NCBI GenBank assembly: GCA_964252035.1
Contig: OZ176205.1
Source of the DNA: Podarcis erhardii
Taxonomy: Eukaryota
DNA: 64,000 nucleotides
Reading direction: 5' to 3' (one strand)
The translations under genes were made by a program, and so were the position numbers. Under the pieces are notes generated by a model that was given only the letters and a program-made list of their open reading frames with translations, made no database searches and was not told the DNA's origin. Positions 34,223 through 45,721 of the stretch are shown piece by piece; position 1 is the first letter of the stretch; the number at the start of each line of letters is the position of its first letter.

Positions 34223-37200
34223 ATGATAAACTTTTGAAAGAGAAATTTCTTTTCAATATTAATTATGGAATGTTGTGATGTCACTTTTCTTGTATTTGTT
34301 TCTTTATAAGAACATAAGCAGTCTGCCATGACTCACTTTATTCGGCAATAGGAATATTGTCATGGGGAAGAGAAAGAGCTTTTACCCCATAATCACTCAT
34401 TTTAATTCTTTATATTTGCCTTGTGCACTGAACTACAAGTGAAACTCCATTAAGCTAGGATTTTAATGGGTATTTGCAGGAACTAAAAATATTTGTGGAA
34501 CATTCAAACTGTTGTTACTCTAAGGTTATAGTGTCCTATCTTGGTTGCCATCTCAATGTGTCAGTGAGAAGATTATCTCTCCCTGAAGAAACACACTATG
34601 TATCTTTGTGTGTGCTGAAAAAGAATGAGAGAGAATAATAATTGTTTTTGTAAAGGTCAGAGCTGTGTCTTCTGAGTATTCCTGGGTTCCACATCAAAAG
34701 AAAGGACATCCTTTTCATGTTTCTCTCAAGATGAAAAATGAATACTGCACAGAAAACCTCCATGTTGAGATAAATGTTTTATGATTGTAACACAGAAACT
34801 TCCATTTTGAAGTAATTCACAATAATAATCTTGGTCAGGAGCATATAATATAATAACATGGCTACATGAGTATCCTGTCAGATGTCCAGTAGAATAAAAT
34901 CCCCATATATGTTGTCTATTAGAAGGTGCTGGGTGGCTGGTGGGGTAGGAAGAATGTTTGGGGGTCTCACCGGGTTATGTTTCAGCAAACACCATCTCTT
35001 TAATATCCTTGAAAATTGCTTACTGCATGTGTCTTGTCATTTTTGTGGAGGATAATTTCCTCTTTGAAAGAGCTTCTTCATTTGTTGCAACCCTAGGCAT
35101 CTTAGCTTTACTTCAGCTGTAGAGCCTAATTAAGCTTGCCGCATCTAGGCTTAAACCACCCACACCTAACCATCACGTGATGTCATATGGCATCAGGCTC
35201 AGGAGAGATAAACCTGCAGGACCTGGGTACCAGCAACTTGCTTGTTGAATCATAGTCTGATGTCTGAACTGGGCCAAAGAGAGGATTTTGGAACTGCTGA
35301 CGATTCTCAGGCGAGTTGGAATGAAACCTAGTAGGATCTTTGCAGAGCATCTTGAGCTAAGCCTGATACCCAGATATAGTACTGGCAGTAACAGTAAAGG
35401 TTCATCACTGCTGCTTTTATTGTTCACCTGTTCCTCATCAAAACTCGGGTTCTGTTCTCAGGCAATATTTTAATATGCACTTTACTGCCTGTCAAATGTG
35501 TTAGCTTTGTACTCCATTCTTATAAGTTTGCCAATGCATCTGAATCACAAATGCCCACCTTTGCTATTCTAGTGTTCCTTCTTCCAACTCCCAAGGTCTT
35601 CTATTCCTTCTGCCATCCTAGTGCTGTTCTGCTACATGCCTCAGCCTTGGCGTGCAGCACCCTGGGCTATTTTAAACTGATGTCCTCTTTAGAAGAAACA
35701 GTTCCTCCTTATGAGATGGAATTTTGGTGTAAGCTTGTTTATGTGTCTCAGAAGTTGCTTCTGTTAGAATTGGAAGATGCTGAGCTATATAAAGGTAGAT
35801 CCCGGGTGCTTTGCAGCTGTTGTGAAGCAGAAAAGTGACTCATAAAGTAAATAGATTAAAAAAACTGTTAGTTCTTTTTCCCACCTCAACTCTAGTAGAA
35901 CTGAAGGGCTCAACGTAAACAGCAATAGCTTTCTACAATATTAGAGGTCAGTGAAGCAACTGTGCCAAATTGTTCAGAACTTTTTGTACAGAATAAAGTC
36001 TTTTGTGGACAGATTAAAGAAACCAATATTGTTTCTGTTATGTGGATACCAGATGGAGGTGTGTGCAGATGCACATATCTCTTGTGCAAGGATAAACAAT
36101 CTCAGGGCTGGAGGCCACATCTGTTCTGCTAAGGCTTCTCTACCATCCTGTGTAGACCTGCATTGCTGCGTCGTGACTCACCCATGAGTAGGTCATTTCA
36201 GGGAGAAGGAGGTGGGGGAAGCTTTTCTAGAAGAAAAGCCTCAGTGGACCAGATATCATTTATTGCCCACTGCAGCTGTAGTGCATTCATTCACAAGCTC
36301 TTTCACCTAGTATCAATTTATCACTTGGAATTAATCAGGGAGAATTTGGGCACATAATAATAATATTAATAACAGGTTTTACTAGGAAATGAAGGTTAAG
36401 CCTCTCTTACTTCCCAAACTTTCTATGTATCATATTTTTGTACTAGAAAATACAAGCAGGAGATGGATAAATGAAGTGCCTGAACAAGGCCCTTCAGCAT
36501 ACACCATTGAACTAAGTCACTGCTCAGTTAACAGATGCTGCTTTGGCACCCTGGAGCCTTAGACTGGCTCCACAGCTGCCAACCCCCTCCCCTTCTATGT
36601 TCAGGACTTGCTTGCGTGCCAGCCTGTTGACAGCTGCTGGACATTATCTGCTGCAGTTTCCTTACCAACACTGGTTCCCACGCTGACTGCAGATGGAGAG
36701 GATTCAGCCATGTGATCAACTGTCATTTGTAATTGCCTGAATTCCTTATTTTTCTGTAAAATGTATGCTCTTTTAAAAGCTGCAGATTAAGAGTACATCT
36801 ATTTTACATTTGGTAAACCTTGGCCTGTTCTTACAGGTTTAGAGTGGTGGGAGATGTCTTTACAGAGTGACTGAGAGAGAAGATACTACTATTTGTCAAG
36901 TACAACATTGTGGATACTGACAGTTCTGTTGTGGAAAACAAGCACTTCCTTGAATTTCCATCCCAGGGTACTTTGGTAGAATGACAGCTTGTCATTTCCC
37001 AGCCCCTTCAGAAAGATAAAATTACTAATATTTGGGTTGTGGCTGGACTAGAAGAAGTTTATTGGCCAGTTTTTATTATTGTTGGTGGTGTTCTGAATTA
37101 CTCTAGCTTTATTTTTAAATAGTCTAGTCCTAGTAAAACTGAGTAAATATTAGTAACTTTGTCACCCTGTATGATGACGTCTGTCAGCAAAGAGACGAGG

Positions 37201-37309
37201 GAAGTGTGTTCTTTTTAATTCTCTGTGGTCTGTCAGCTGCTTTCTGCACCATAGGCTACAATATTCTTCTGCAATGTGTTATATGTGAGGCTGTCTTTGA
37301 AGACAGTGA

Positions 37310-38040
37310 TTTGTATTCAGAGGCATTCTGATTCTGTAGGTAGCATATAGCCATCATGATTAATAGCCACTGATAAGTAGCTTCATCTTCTGTAAATTTA
37401 TTGAGTCTTCTTTAAAGCCACTTAAGGCTACAATTGTAATCTAAATTAAATTCAGTGGGACTTGCTTTTGAATAAACATAGCTAGGATCACATTTTGTGG
37501 TGAATTCCATAGATTAACTATGTGCTGTATGAAGAAATACTTCTTTTTGTCTGCCCTGAATCTCCCACCATTCAGGTTCAATAGATGATCCCAAGTTCCA
37601 GTAACTACAACAGAAGTAGAAAAACCTACATTTCTCCACACCATGCATCATTATAAACCTCTGTTGTATCTCCCACACTCATCTTTCCTCATAGAGGAGT
37701 TGCTTAGTCCCCTGATCATTTAGGTTGCCTTTCCTTCTGACCGGAACTGCATACAGTATTCCAAGTGGTGTCCCACCATAGATATCTAGAAAAGCATTAA
37801 AGTTTTGGCAATTCCTCCTGCCGCCGCCCCCCCCCATCCTCAGCACCTGCTGCACACGGGGTCTGTGGTTCATTGAGCAATCTACCAAGACCCCAGGAAT
37901 CCTTTCCTAGACAATCACCACAAGCTCAGACCCCATCAGTTTATATGTGGTTAGGATTTCTTGCCCCAGTTTGCATCACTTTACACATACATTGAACTGT
38001 GTTTTCCATTCATCCATTTTGGAGAGATCTTTGAGCTTCT
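37310..38040 (-). mobile_element. Degenerate CR1 (L3-like) ORF2 C-terminus and 3'UTR
   Basis: ORF 37441 contains GGRFRADKKKYFFIQHIVNLWNS (CR1 motif RFRTDKRKYFFTQR.VNLWNSL); a small palindromic insert sits at about 37430-37490. Confidence 0.85.
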
Positions 38041-38201
38041 TCATTATGGTCCACATTATTTTAAACCATAGTTAAATGATCAAACATAGTTTAAAGGTGA
38101 TCATACAGTATGCTGTTTCACACTACTGAAATCACTGGTGCTTTGCTCCTCTCCCACTCATGCTTCTGTTGAACAGCAGCACATTGGGGCTCCGCCCTGT
38201 T

Positions 38202-38556
38202 CAGAGCTGGATTCAGGTTTGATGAAGCCCTAAGCTATTGAAGGTAATGGGGCCCTTTATATGTCCAGCTGTCCTTTGCTACATTTTGCCATGCAACCAG
38301 TCCATGCAGAATGTAGGCACCCTATATATAGAAATGAGCAAACCAGTGATATTTTAGGGAGCAGGCTAGCAGACGGACATCATAGGAGCCTAAACAACAC
38401 AAAACACTTGCTGTATGTAGGTTTTATTTTATTTCATTTATCTTATATTTTGGAAATGTACATACAGGTTTTTTTCCTTTAATTTTTTTTGGGGGGGCCC
38501 AAGAGAGTGGGACCCTAAGCTATAGCTTGTTTAGCTTATACGTAAATCCAGCACTG
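38202..38556. mobile_element. Non-autonomous TIR DNA element, about 355 bp
   Basis: Termini cagagctggatt / aatccagcactg (11/12 inverted match); subterminal ccctaagctat at both ends; no TSD recognisable, superfamily uncertain. Confidence 0.6.
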
Positions 38557-39195
38557 AGGTCCTTGTGTTAGACCTGAACATCCAGACTCAAGAGAGGAGG
38601 GCAGTGGGAAGAGGAGTTGCATGCCTTCAGCTGTGTCTTTGATAATGTGCTTTCCCCTTTCTCACAGTGAACCTGGCAGTAAGTTCAAACACTGTTAGTT
38701 CATGGAGAGCTGTCTCTTTCACTTGTAGTTCTGGAATATGTTCTTTTCTGGGGAAAGTTAGTTCTGAAGGGGAATCATCTTAGAATCACGGAGTGGAACA
38801 GAGGACCATAGCACAGAGAGGGCTTTCTTAGTTCTAGAAGAGATTTAAGAGGCCCTTTAAGGGTCAGTCATCAAGCTGTGGGGCCAGGCAATGGGTAGCA
38901 GAAGAAGGTCTGCAGAAGAGTGGCAAGACCGCATAAGGGTGGCACCAGCATTTTAATATTCCTCCTGGGTGACAAAACTGCCTAAGGCTGACTCTGGGTG
39001 CTTGAAATAGAATTTTAAAGCTGTCACAGTGGGAAATATGATTTAAGCAATTCCCACTATTTAGCTTACTTAAAACTGCTGGAATGCAACAAGGTCAGGA
39101 GATGGAACTGCTGGCACACCACTCCTGTCTGTTACATTTATTTGGAATGTTGGGGTTAATGATGGTGCTGAAAGCATTCATGGCACTGAAGAATT

Positions 39196-39220
39196 GAGAG
39201 AGAGAGAGAGAGAGAGAGAG
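39196..39220. repeat. (GA)12 microsatellite
   Basis: Read directly from the sequence. Confidence 0.97.
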
Positions 39221-39412
39221 GAGTCTGGAACATGACTAGAAGCTGAAGAGTTTAAAATAAATTGTCTTGGAATAGGGAGGTGTGTTTCCAGTAGAAACTC
39301 TAGGAGAATTGCTCGGGGGAGCAGATATGTATGACACACACAAACATACATACACACAATGAGCATAAGCAAACTCTGTTGTGTTCTTAAAGTCACTTGG
39401 AAATATCTAAAG

Positions 39413-39533
39413 CAGGGATAGCCCATGTGGCACCCTCTAGATGTTAGACTACACTTCAAGCATGCCTGATGATCAGGGATGTTGGGAGTTGTAGTCCAAC
39501 AGCATCTGGAGGACAGCACATTGGCTATCCCTG
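39413..39533. mobile_element. Palindromic hAT-type MITE, 121 bp
   Basis: Perfect 11-bp TIR cagggatagcc / ggctatccctg; internal tgggagttgtagtcc core shared with the 2140 and 10923 elements; TSD not preserved. Confidence 0.75.
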
Positions 39534-39834
39534 TGAAACGGGATGAAGTTGCTGGGCAGACTTCTGAAACTTCAGGGATGAGAATGAAGCCCAGAGGTGT
39601 GAGTTACACACACTGCATCATACTTCTGAATAACCACAACTTAATTGATTTAATAGTAGTTGGGAAAGAGAATTTAGATCTACAGGGGTCATTTGTCCAA
39701 GACTGTTTTGGTTAGGTGTTTCATGACTAGGTCTAAAAGCTGAAGGCTTTCTAGAGTGTGAAGAAAAATGTAACTAGCCTTTAAGATGAAACTTAGCTGT
39801 GTCCTCAAACATGATAATACCCTTAATAACCTTA

Positions 39835-40181
39835 CAGTGGTGCCTCGCAAGACGAAAATAATCCATTCCGTGAGTCTCTTTGTCTAGCGGTTTTTTCATC
39901 TTGCGAAGCATCTCTATTAGCGGATTAGCGCTATTAGCGGCTATTAGCGGCTAAGCGACTATTAGCGTCTTAGCGGCTATTAGCGGCTTAGCGGCTTAGA
40001 AAAAGGGGGGGAAGGGAAAAAACTCGCAAGACTCGCAAGACGTTTTCGTCTTGCGAAGCAAGCCCATAGGGAAATTCGTCTTGCGAAGCGCTTCGAAAAA
40101 CGGAAAATCCTTTCGTCTAGCGGGTTTTCCGTCTTGCGAGGCATTTGTCTTGCGAGGCATTTGTCTTGCGGGGCACCACTG
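39835..40181. mobile_element. Tigger/pogo-like (Tc1/mariner) MITE, 347 bp
   Basis: TIR cagtggtgcc(t/c)cgcaagac; TA on both flanks (39833-34, 40182-83); internal TTAGCGG-type tandem array at about 39917-39997. Confidence 0.92.
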
Positions 40182-42425
40182 TATATTGAAACTGTCTTGG
40201 ATCCCAGAAGAAATGTGAAATAGATTCTCCAAATTAACACACAAAACCTGAATGGTTCCAGGTCTTTATTGTTGCATTTCCACTCCCATTTCTGTGTTTT
40301 CTGGTATCTGTGCATGGATTTAGAGAAAGTCTTTGTGGGTTAGGTAATCTTTTATGTACATGATCAGAAGTTTTTCAGTTGCTGAGAAGTAATGTGAAGT
40401 GAACCATAGCAGATGAAACTTCCCAGTACTAATAACAGATTTGGCCAGAGAGGTTTTTGTTACTTCTCTCTCAGGATAAAATCACACGAGTGTGTATCTT
40501 TATGTCATTTGTTATCAAGTCTAAACCTTAATATATAGAGGCAAATGTCATCAATGATGCCGTTCCTGTGACAGCAATTATATGGGGTTTATAGCTGTTT
40601 CTACTACTGTTCCATTGCCGTTTGGACTTTAGGTTCCAAACATCTTTCAGCTTCTCTTCCTGCTGCATCAGAGCATTAGCAAACAGGTTCCTTTAAAACA
40701 AACACTATGGCAGTGGTTACCTAGCCTTCTCCTTTTGCTAGCTGCTACCTTATGTGGTTCCCCCCACCCCCAAAGAGGAATACTCAGTAGCAACCACTGA
40801 ATTCTACTGAAATCAGAACAATTATTATGGTTTCCCTACATCCTTATTGTCCTTTCACTCTGTTTCTTTCTCATGAGAGAAATGGAACAACAAACAAAGC
40901 AGTAGCAGCAACCATAGTGCACCACTGTCTGCCTGGCGTGCTCTGACGGCTGCAACTACAACATGAGCTCTCATGCTTTAGTGGAGAGGTGCACTTGACA
41001 TCTTGGAAGCATTTTTTTATTTGTTGCAAATGAATTTTGTGTTTGATGTTGTAAACCACCCTTTCGTCTCTTGATGAGGAACAGTGTATCAATTTAAAAA
41101 ATAACAATAGTGATGATGATGATAAATAAAAATATGGCATTTAATTGAATTTATAAGCTCATTTGTGATCTTGTGTGCATATTAAGAATCTAAAATATTT
41201 GAGGTTTTCTGCTTTTTTGTTGTAATTTTGACATTTATTACCAGAAATATGAAATACACTAATGCTTCCTCAGTTTTCTGCAAAACTGCTACTGTCACCT
41301 TTCTGGATGCTTACTACTGAATAATTTTATAGTAATTGTTGCTTAAATTTAAATATTCACTGGAAATTACTGAGAAGTTCTAGATCATTAATGTGAGCTG
41401 ATGCTAAATGCCACTTGGATTCATTAAAAATGCTTTAAGGGGAAATTTAAGCTGAAGTAGGGCGTTATAAAGATCTATAAACAAACCCAGATGCTTCCTG
41501 GTGTGCTAGGTGAATGCTTGTTTTTAGCCAACAAGCACTAAGAAAACCTGCTGGAAGTACTTTGCATTGCTAGTGACCAATCTCTCTTTCAAAGCCTCAT
41601 GGGAACAATGTCTTTCAGTTCCAATAAGAAAGATGGCCAGTGTTATCAGATGTTTTATTACTCTCTCTCTCTTCCCCCTCTTTTAACCCTCCCTTGCTTT
41701 GATACTATGGAAAATGTCTGCTGGACAGGCATTTTTGGAAAAGATTTCCAATGACTCCCTTAAAATGTTCCATGGGATTAATTATATAAGGCATTTGGAA
41801 TCTTTTAAAGCTATCAATTGCAATTGAATCATTACAACTTCTGATACATCTCTTTTTAATATGAGCTTTACGTTCAGATCAGCTGACATCTTTTTGGTTA
41901 TTTCAGCTGCACAATAAAGAATCTTTTAAAGCTTCCCGCGAGGGGCTAGCAGTAGCTCAATGTTCCCTAAGTATTTCCATTGTACTCTCCTTATTTTTGC
42001 TGCAAAGCTTCTGGAAGTGTCAACTTTTGGCCTGCAATGTTGTAGGACTGGTTTTTGCTTGAAGAGTGATTTAAATTATGAAGAGGCCAGTTGAAACATT
42101 TTTAGAAAAGAAAAGTAATATCAATGCACTTTCCACATCCATACAAAAGCGTGAGAGAGTGAGAATCAGCTTGGGTTGCCAATAGCTGACTGGTTAAAGC
42201 AACTAGGTTTATAGGATGACCACTTTAAGGTATGGGATGGGAGGTGAACCAGTCCCACCACCTGCGGTCCTAAAAAAAAAACTGAGAAAATGATGATGTA
42301 GGTTTTCTTTAACTGATTAGGAAACGGCGGGGCAAGGATAGTGATAATATGTTGTGGAGGGAAGAGCTATAGCAGAAACATAAGCTGAAGAGGGCAATGC
42401 AAAAAACTGATGGCAAAAAGTGGGA

Positions 42426-42720
42426 TATAATAATGTTGATGATGATGATGATTTTATTATTTATACCTGCCCATCTGGCTGAGGTATAAGCCATCTGAGT
42501 GGCTTACAGCAGAATATTAAAATACAATGATTCATTACCCTAAACAGGGCTGCCTTTAGATGTCTTCTAAAAGTTTGATACTGTAGTTGTTTATTTCTTT
42601 GACATCTGATGGGAGGGCATTCCACAGGGCAGGCGCCACTACCGAGAAGGCCCTCTGCCTGGTTCCCTGTAACTTCGCTTCTCGCAGTGAGTGAATGGCC
42701 AGAAGGCCCTCGGCACTGGA
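42426..42720 (-). mobile_element. Young L2-family 3' fragment with an (ATC/ATT)n tail
   Basis: Reverse complement of the same subfamily as 31960-32230; ORF 42556 LQGTRQRAFSVVAPALWNALPSDVKEINNY is L2 ORF2 C-terminus. Confidence 0.88.
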
Positions 42721-45503
42721 CTTATTAAATAAGTAGTGGTCTGCCTGCAAGTACCATTGTTACAGCTGTCAGTACCTTCCTGCACATGCATACATTGTTA
42801 ATGACCCATTTAGAGTCTGAGTACTTTATAAGCAGCTTGCAGCACCATTAATAAGGGACACTCATATTGAAATGTAAGTGTGATACTGTACCTAAAAACA
42901 TGTGTCAGAAATACTGTCACTATTCACTGGTGATCTGTTTATTGTCAAATTTAGTTTTCAAACTAGCTGCTTGCATATAGCAAGATTATTATTATTTTTT
43001 TAAAAAGGGGTACTTTATAGTGAGCTATGGGAAATTTTTTTGGGGGGGTGTGGATCTGAAACTAAAAGCATTACTGTATTATTTTGCTCCAGTTGCCAAG
43101 TGGCTATAATACATTTCTAAAAACCATACCTTCTGCTTAAGAGGCTTGCATGTGTACAACTTTCTAAGTTGCCAGAAGGTATTATAATCTCACTGCTTTA
43201 CAGCTGACTGGAGGCAAAAGCCTTTAATTTTGCAAGAACCGCATTTTAAATCTGGCACTTAAAGGTATTATTTCCATACTGCCTTCTTTGTGGCTTCCAG
43301 GATTTTAGTAAGTTGACTAAGCATTTTGATATATTTTCTGTCAAATCTCAGTTAAGAATTGAAATTTTAATTTAATTCAATTTAAAGTCAAGCCCAACTG
43401 AATTTTTACTACAGCCCTAGTGGTAGCTTTCTGTAGGAACTGGGATGTAGTACAGTTATGTCCAAGAAGGCAAGAAAATCATGAGAGAGAGAAGTTCTTT
43501 GTAAGTCTCATACAGATAACATATTCCATACATGGTTTTTCATTCTTCTCTTTCCTTCTGCTTTTCCGTACAAGCCAAAGAGGTGGCAAAATTATGTATT
43601 TCCATGTAAAAATACCACAAAGTGATGGATTCTTGAGAGTAATTACTGACCCAGCAAAGCAGAGTGGAAGTTTTTGGCTTGGTGAGCACAAGTGAAAACT
43701 ATGATGCTTTCTTACAAAGTGAGGGCCATGTGTTTTACTGCAAACAGCAACTGAGAAACAAAACTGATGTGGAATATTTGGTATTTGTTGGCTACAATGC
43801 TTTAGGTTGCTTAGAATCAGATGGTGCCTGCTGCATATTTGAGTCATGCTAGTGTTGTGGAAGATTGGTTCCATCAATCCTTCTAAGCAATGTATTTCAA
43901 GCATTTCACTTACTGTAGGCGTCATGCAGATCTACCTGCAAGCAGAGAGTCTTCCTGCTGTGATGAGGGTTTCCCTAGAGTCTGTGCCTACCACAATTCC
44001 CTGCCTTCGGTCCTTAAGCAATACATGTACAACCTCCAGATTGAATGCAGATTGTCTCTTTTTACCTCTTTCTCCCATGCTTCAGGTCAGGTGGGATGCT
44101 TGCTTGTTTTTTCTCTTACTCTCAAGTCCTTTTGCATCTTCATGTGAACAAGTACGTGGCACTCCTTAAAGAAGTAGTCTTAACATGTTTAAACTCTTGG
44201 AAAGCAATTCTGAAAAGAGGGGTGGTAGTTTCATGATCAACTCAAGGGCCAACCAATCAAATCTAGCTTCTGCTCCTTACAGTGTGGTAGGAGGGAACAG
44301 TTTCACTTACCTCATTCTGGGAGAGAGGATTGTACATATATGCCACAGATATAGTAAGTGCACTTCTGCAAGAGCCTCATAGAAAAAATATCAAATCAAA
44401 TCAAGCTGTATTACGGTCCAGAGACCCCACCAATTGTTACAAAGCAATGCACAATTCATATAGCCTACCTCCAGGTTAAACAAGCATTTTGTTCAAAAGA
44501 TAGGGATCATTGGCTTTGGCAACCACCGATAAAAACTTTGCCACCACTCATGTTCTAGCGTTTGTCCGGTCTTCCAATAGGAACCTGACATAGTGAGCCT
44601 CTGATTTTCCCGGGAAAGGTACCAGCAAGGGTAATAGAAAAAATATGTATATTTGTATGCACTTCTAATTGAAGCCATTTCTCCCTCTCCCCCAACCAGT
44701 ATATGTTAGTACCTAATCAAGTGAGCATCCCCAAAATAAATATGGGCATAAGATTTTTGGCTCTTGCTTCTGAAGCACAAAATAATGGAGCGAGCTGTAA
44801 TTTTTTATTGGATCAGTTCTTTCTGACTGTTAAGTGTGTGCTAGACTTAAGCTTTATAAAGTAGTTGTTCAGGTTCAAGGAGAAGAGCTGAGCTTTATAC
44901 AAATAAGAATGATTAGGATTAAGCTGTGTTCCAGCCATTCTGAGAAGGAACAGTTTCATTTGCAAAATGTTGAATCAATACATTTGCTTTCTTGAGAACA
45001 AATATGGGGAAAACTTGCCAAGAGAACAGGGCTTTTCTTCTTCCTGCAACATGCTATTGAGATTCTTTTCTCCACCATCTGCTGAGAAAGCTATGTACTG
45101 AATGGGTTGATCTTAATCCCCTTTCCACAAGCTCCGGATGAGATAACCAATAGAAAATCACTAGGGTGGCAGTGAGAAATGGTTGAATTACATGAGCCAA
45201 TACTTGCCCTTCACCAGCCTCTGCAACATTGAATGGAATCCTGGAACACTCTTCTCAAGATGCATGCTGCAGCTACTTCTTTTTGCTGGCTTGAATTGGA
45301 GACAGTGCAGGAAGCTGTGTGTGAGCCAAGAGGTATATCCTGGGAATTGCCTGCAGCATTGCGAAAGTTGTTGAACTGCAGCTTTAGTATGCACATTGTA
45401 GCCACATTGTACAACAACCCATTTCCCTTAGCCACCTTGTCTTTCACAGGCTGTGCTTAATGAAGGAGAAGGTATCCTGCAGGAGGCTGTGGATGTGCCC
45501 ATA

Positions 45504-45721
45504 CAGTGGTACCTCGGGTTACATACGCTTTAGGTTACAGACTCCGCTAACCCAGAAATAGTACCTTGGGTTAAGAACTTTGCTTCAGGATGAGAACAGA
45601 AATCATGTGGCGGCAGCAGTGGGAGGCCTCATTAGCTAAAGTGGTGCTTCAGGTTAAGAACAGTTTCAGGTTAAGAACGGACCTCCGGAACGAATTCAGT
45701 ACGTAACCAGAGGTACCATTG
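45504..45721. mobile_element. Tigger-like MITE, 218 bp
   Basis: TIR cagtggtacctcgggttac / gtaaccagaggtaccattg (2 mismatches); TA on both flanks. Confidence 0.9.

Noticed and set aside
35173-35838. Cluster of overlapping ORFs at 35.2-35.8 kb (also 22.5-23.1 kb and 55.6-55.9 kb) as a processed pseudogene or viral insert
   Set aside because: No recognisable protein similarity in the frames I translated, and no poly(A) tail or TSD.
39917-39997. TTAGCGG-type tandem array resembling telomeric or CRISPR-like repeats
   Set aside because: It is an internal part of the MITE (the reverse complement recurs at about 49430-49495), is not TTAGGG and has no unique spacers.
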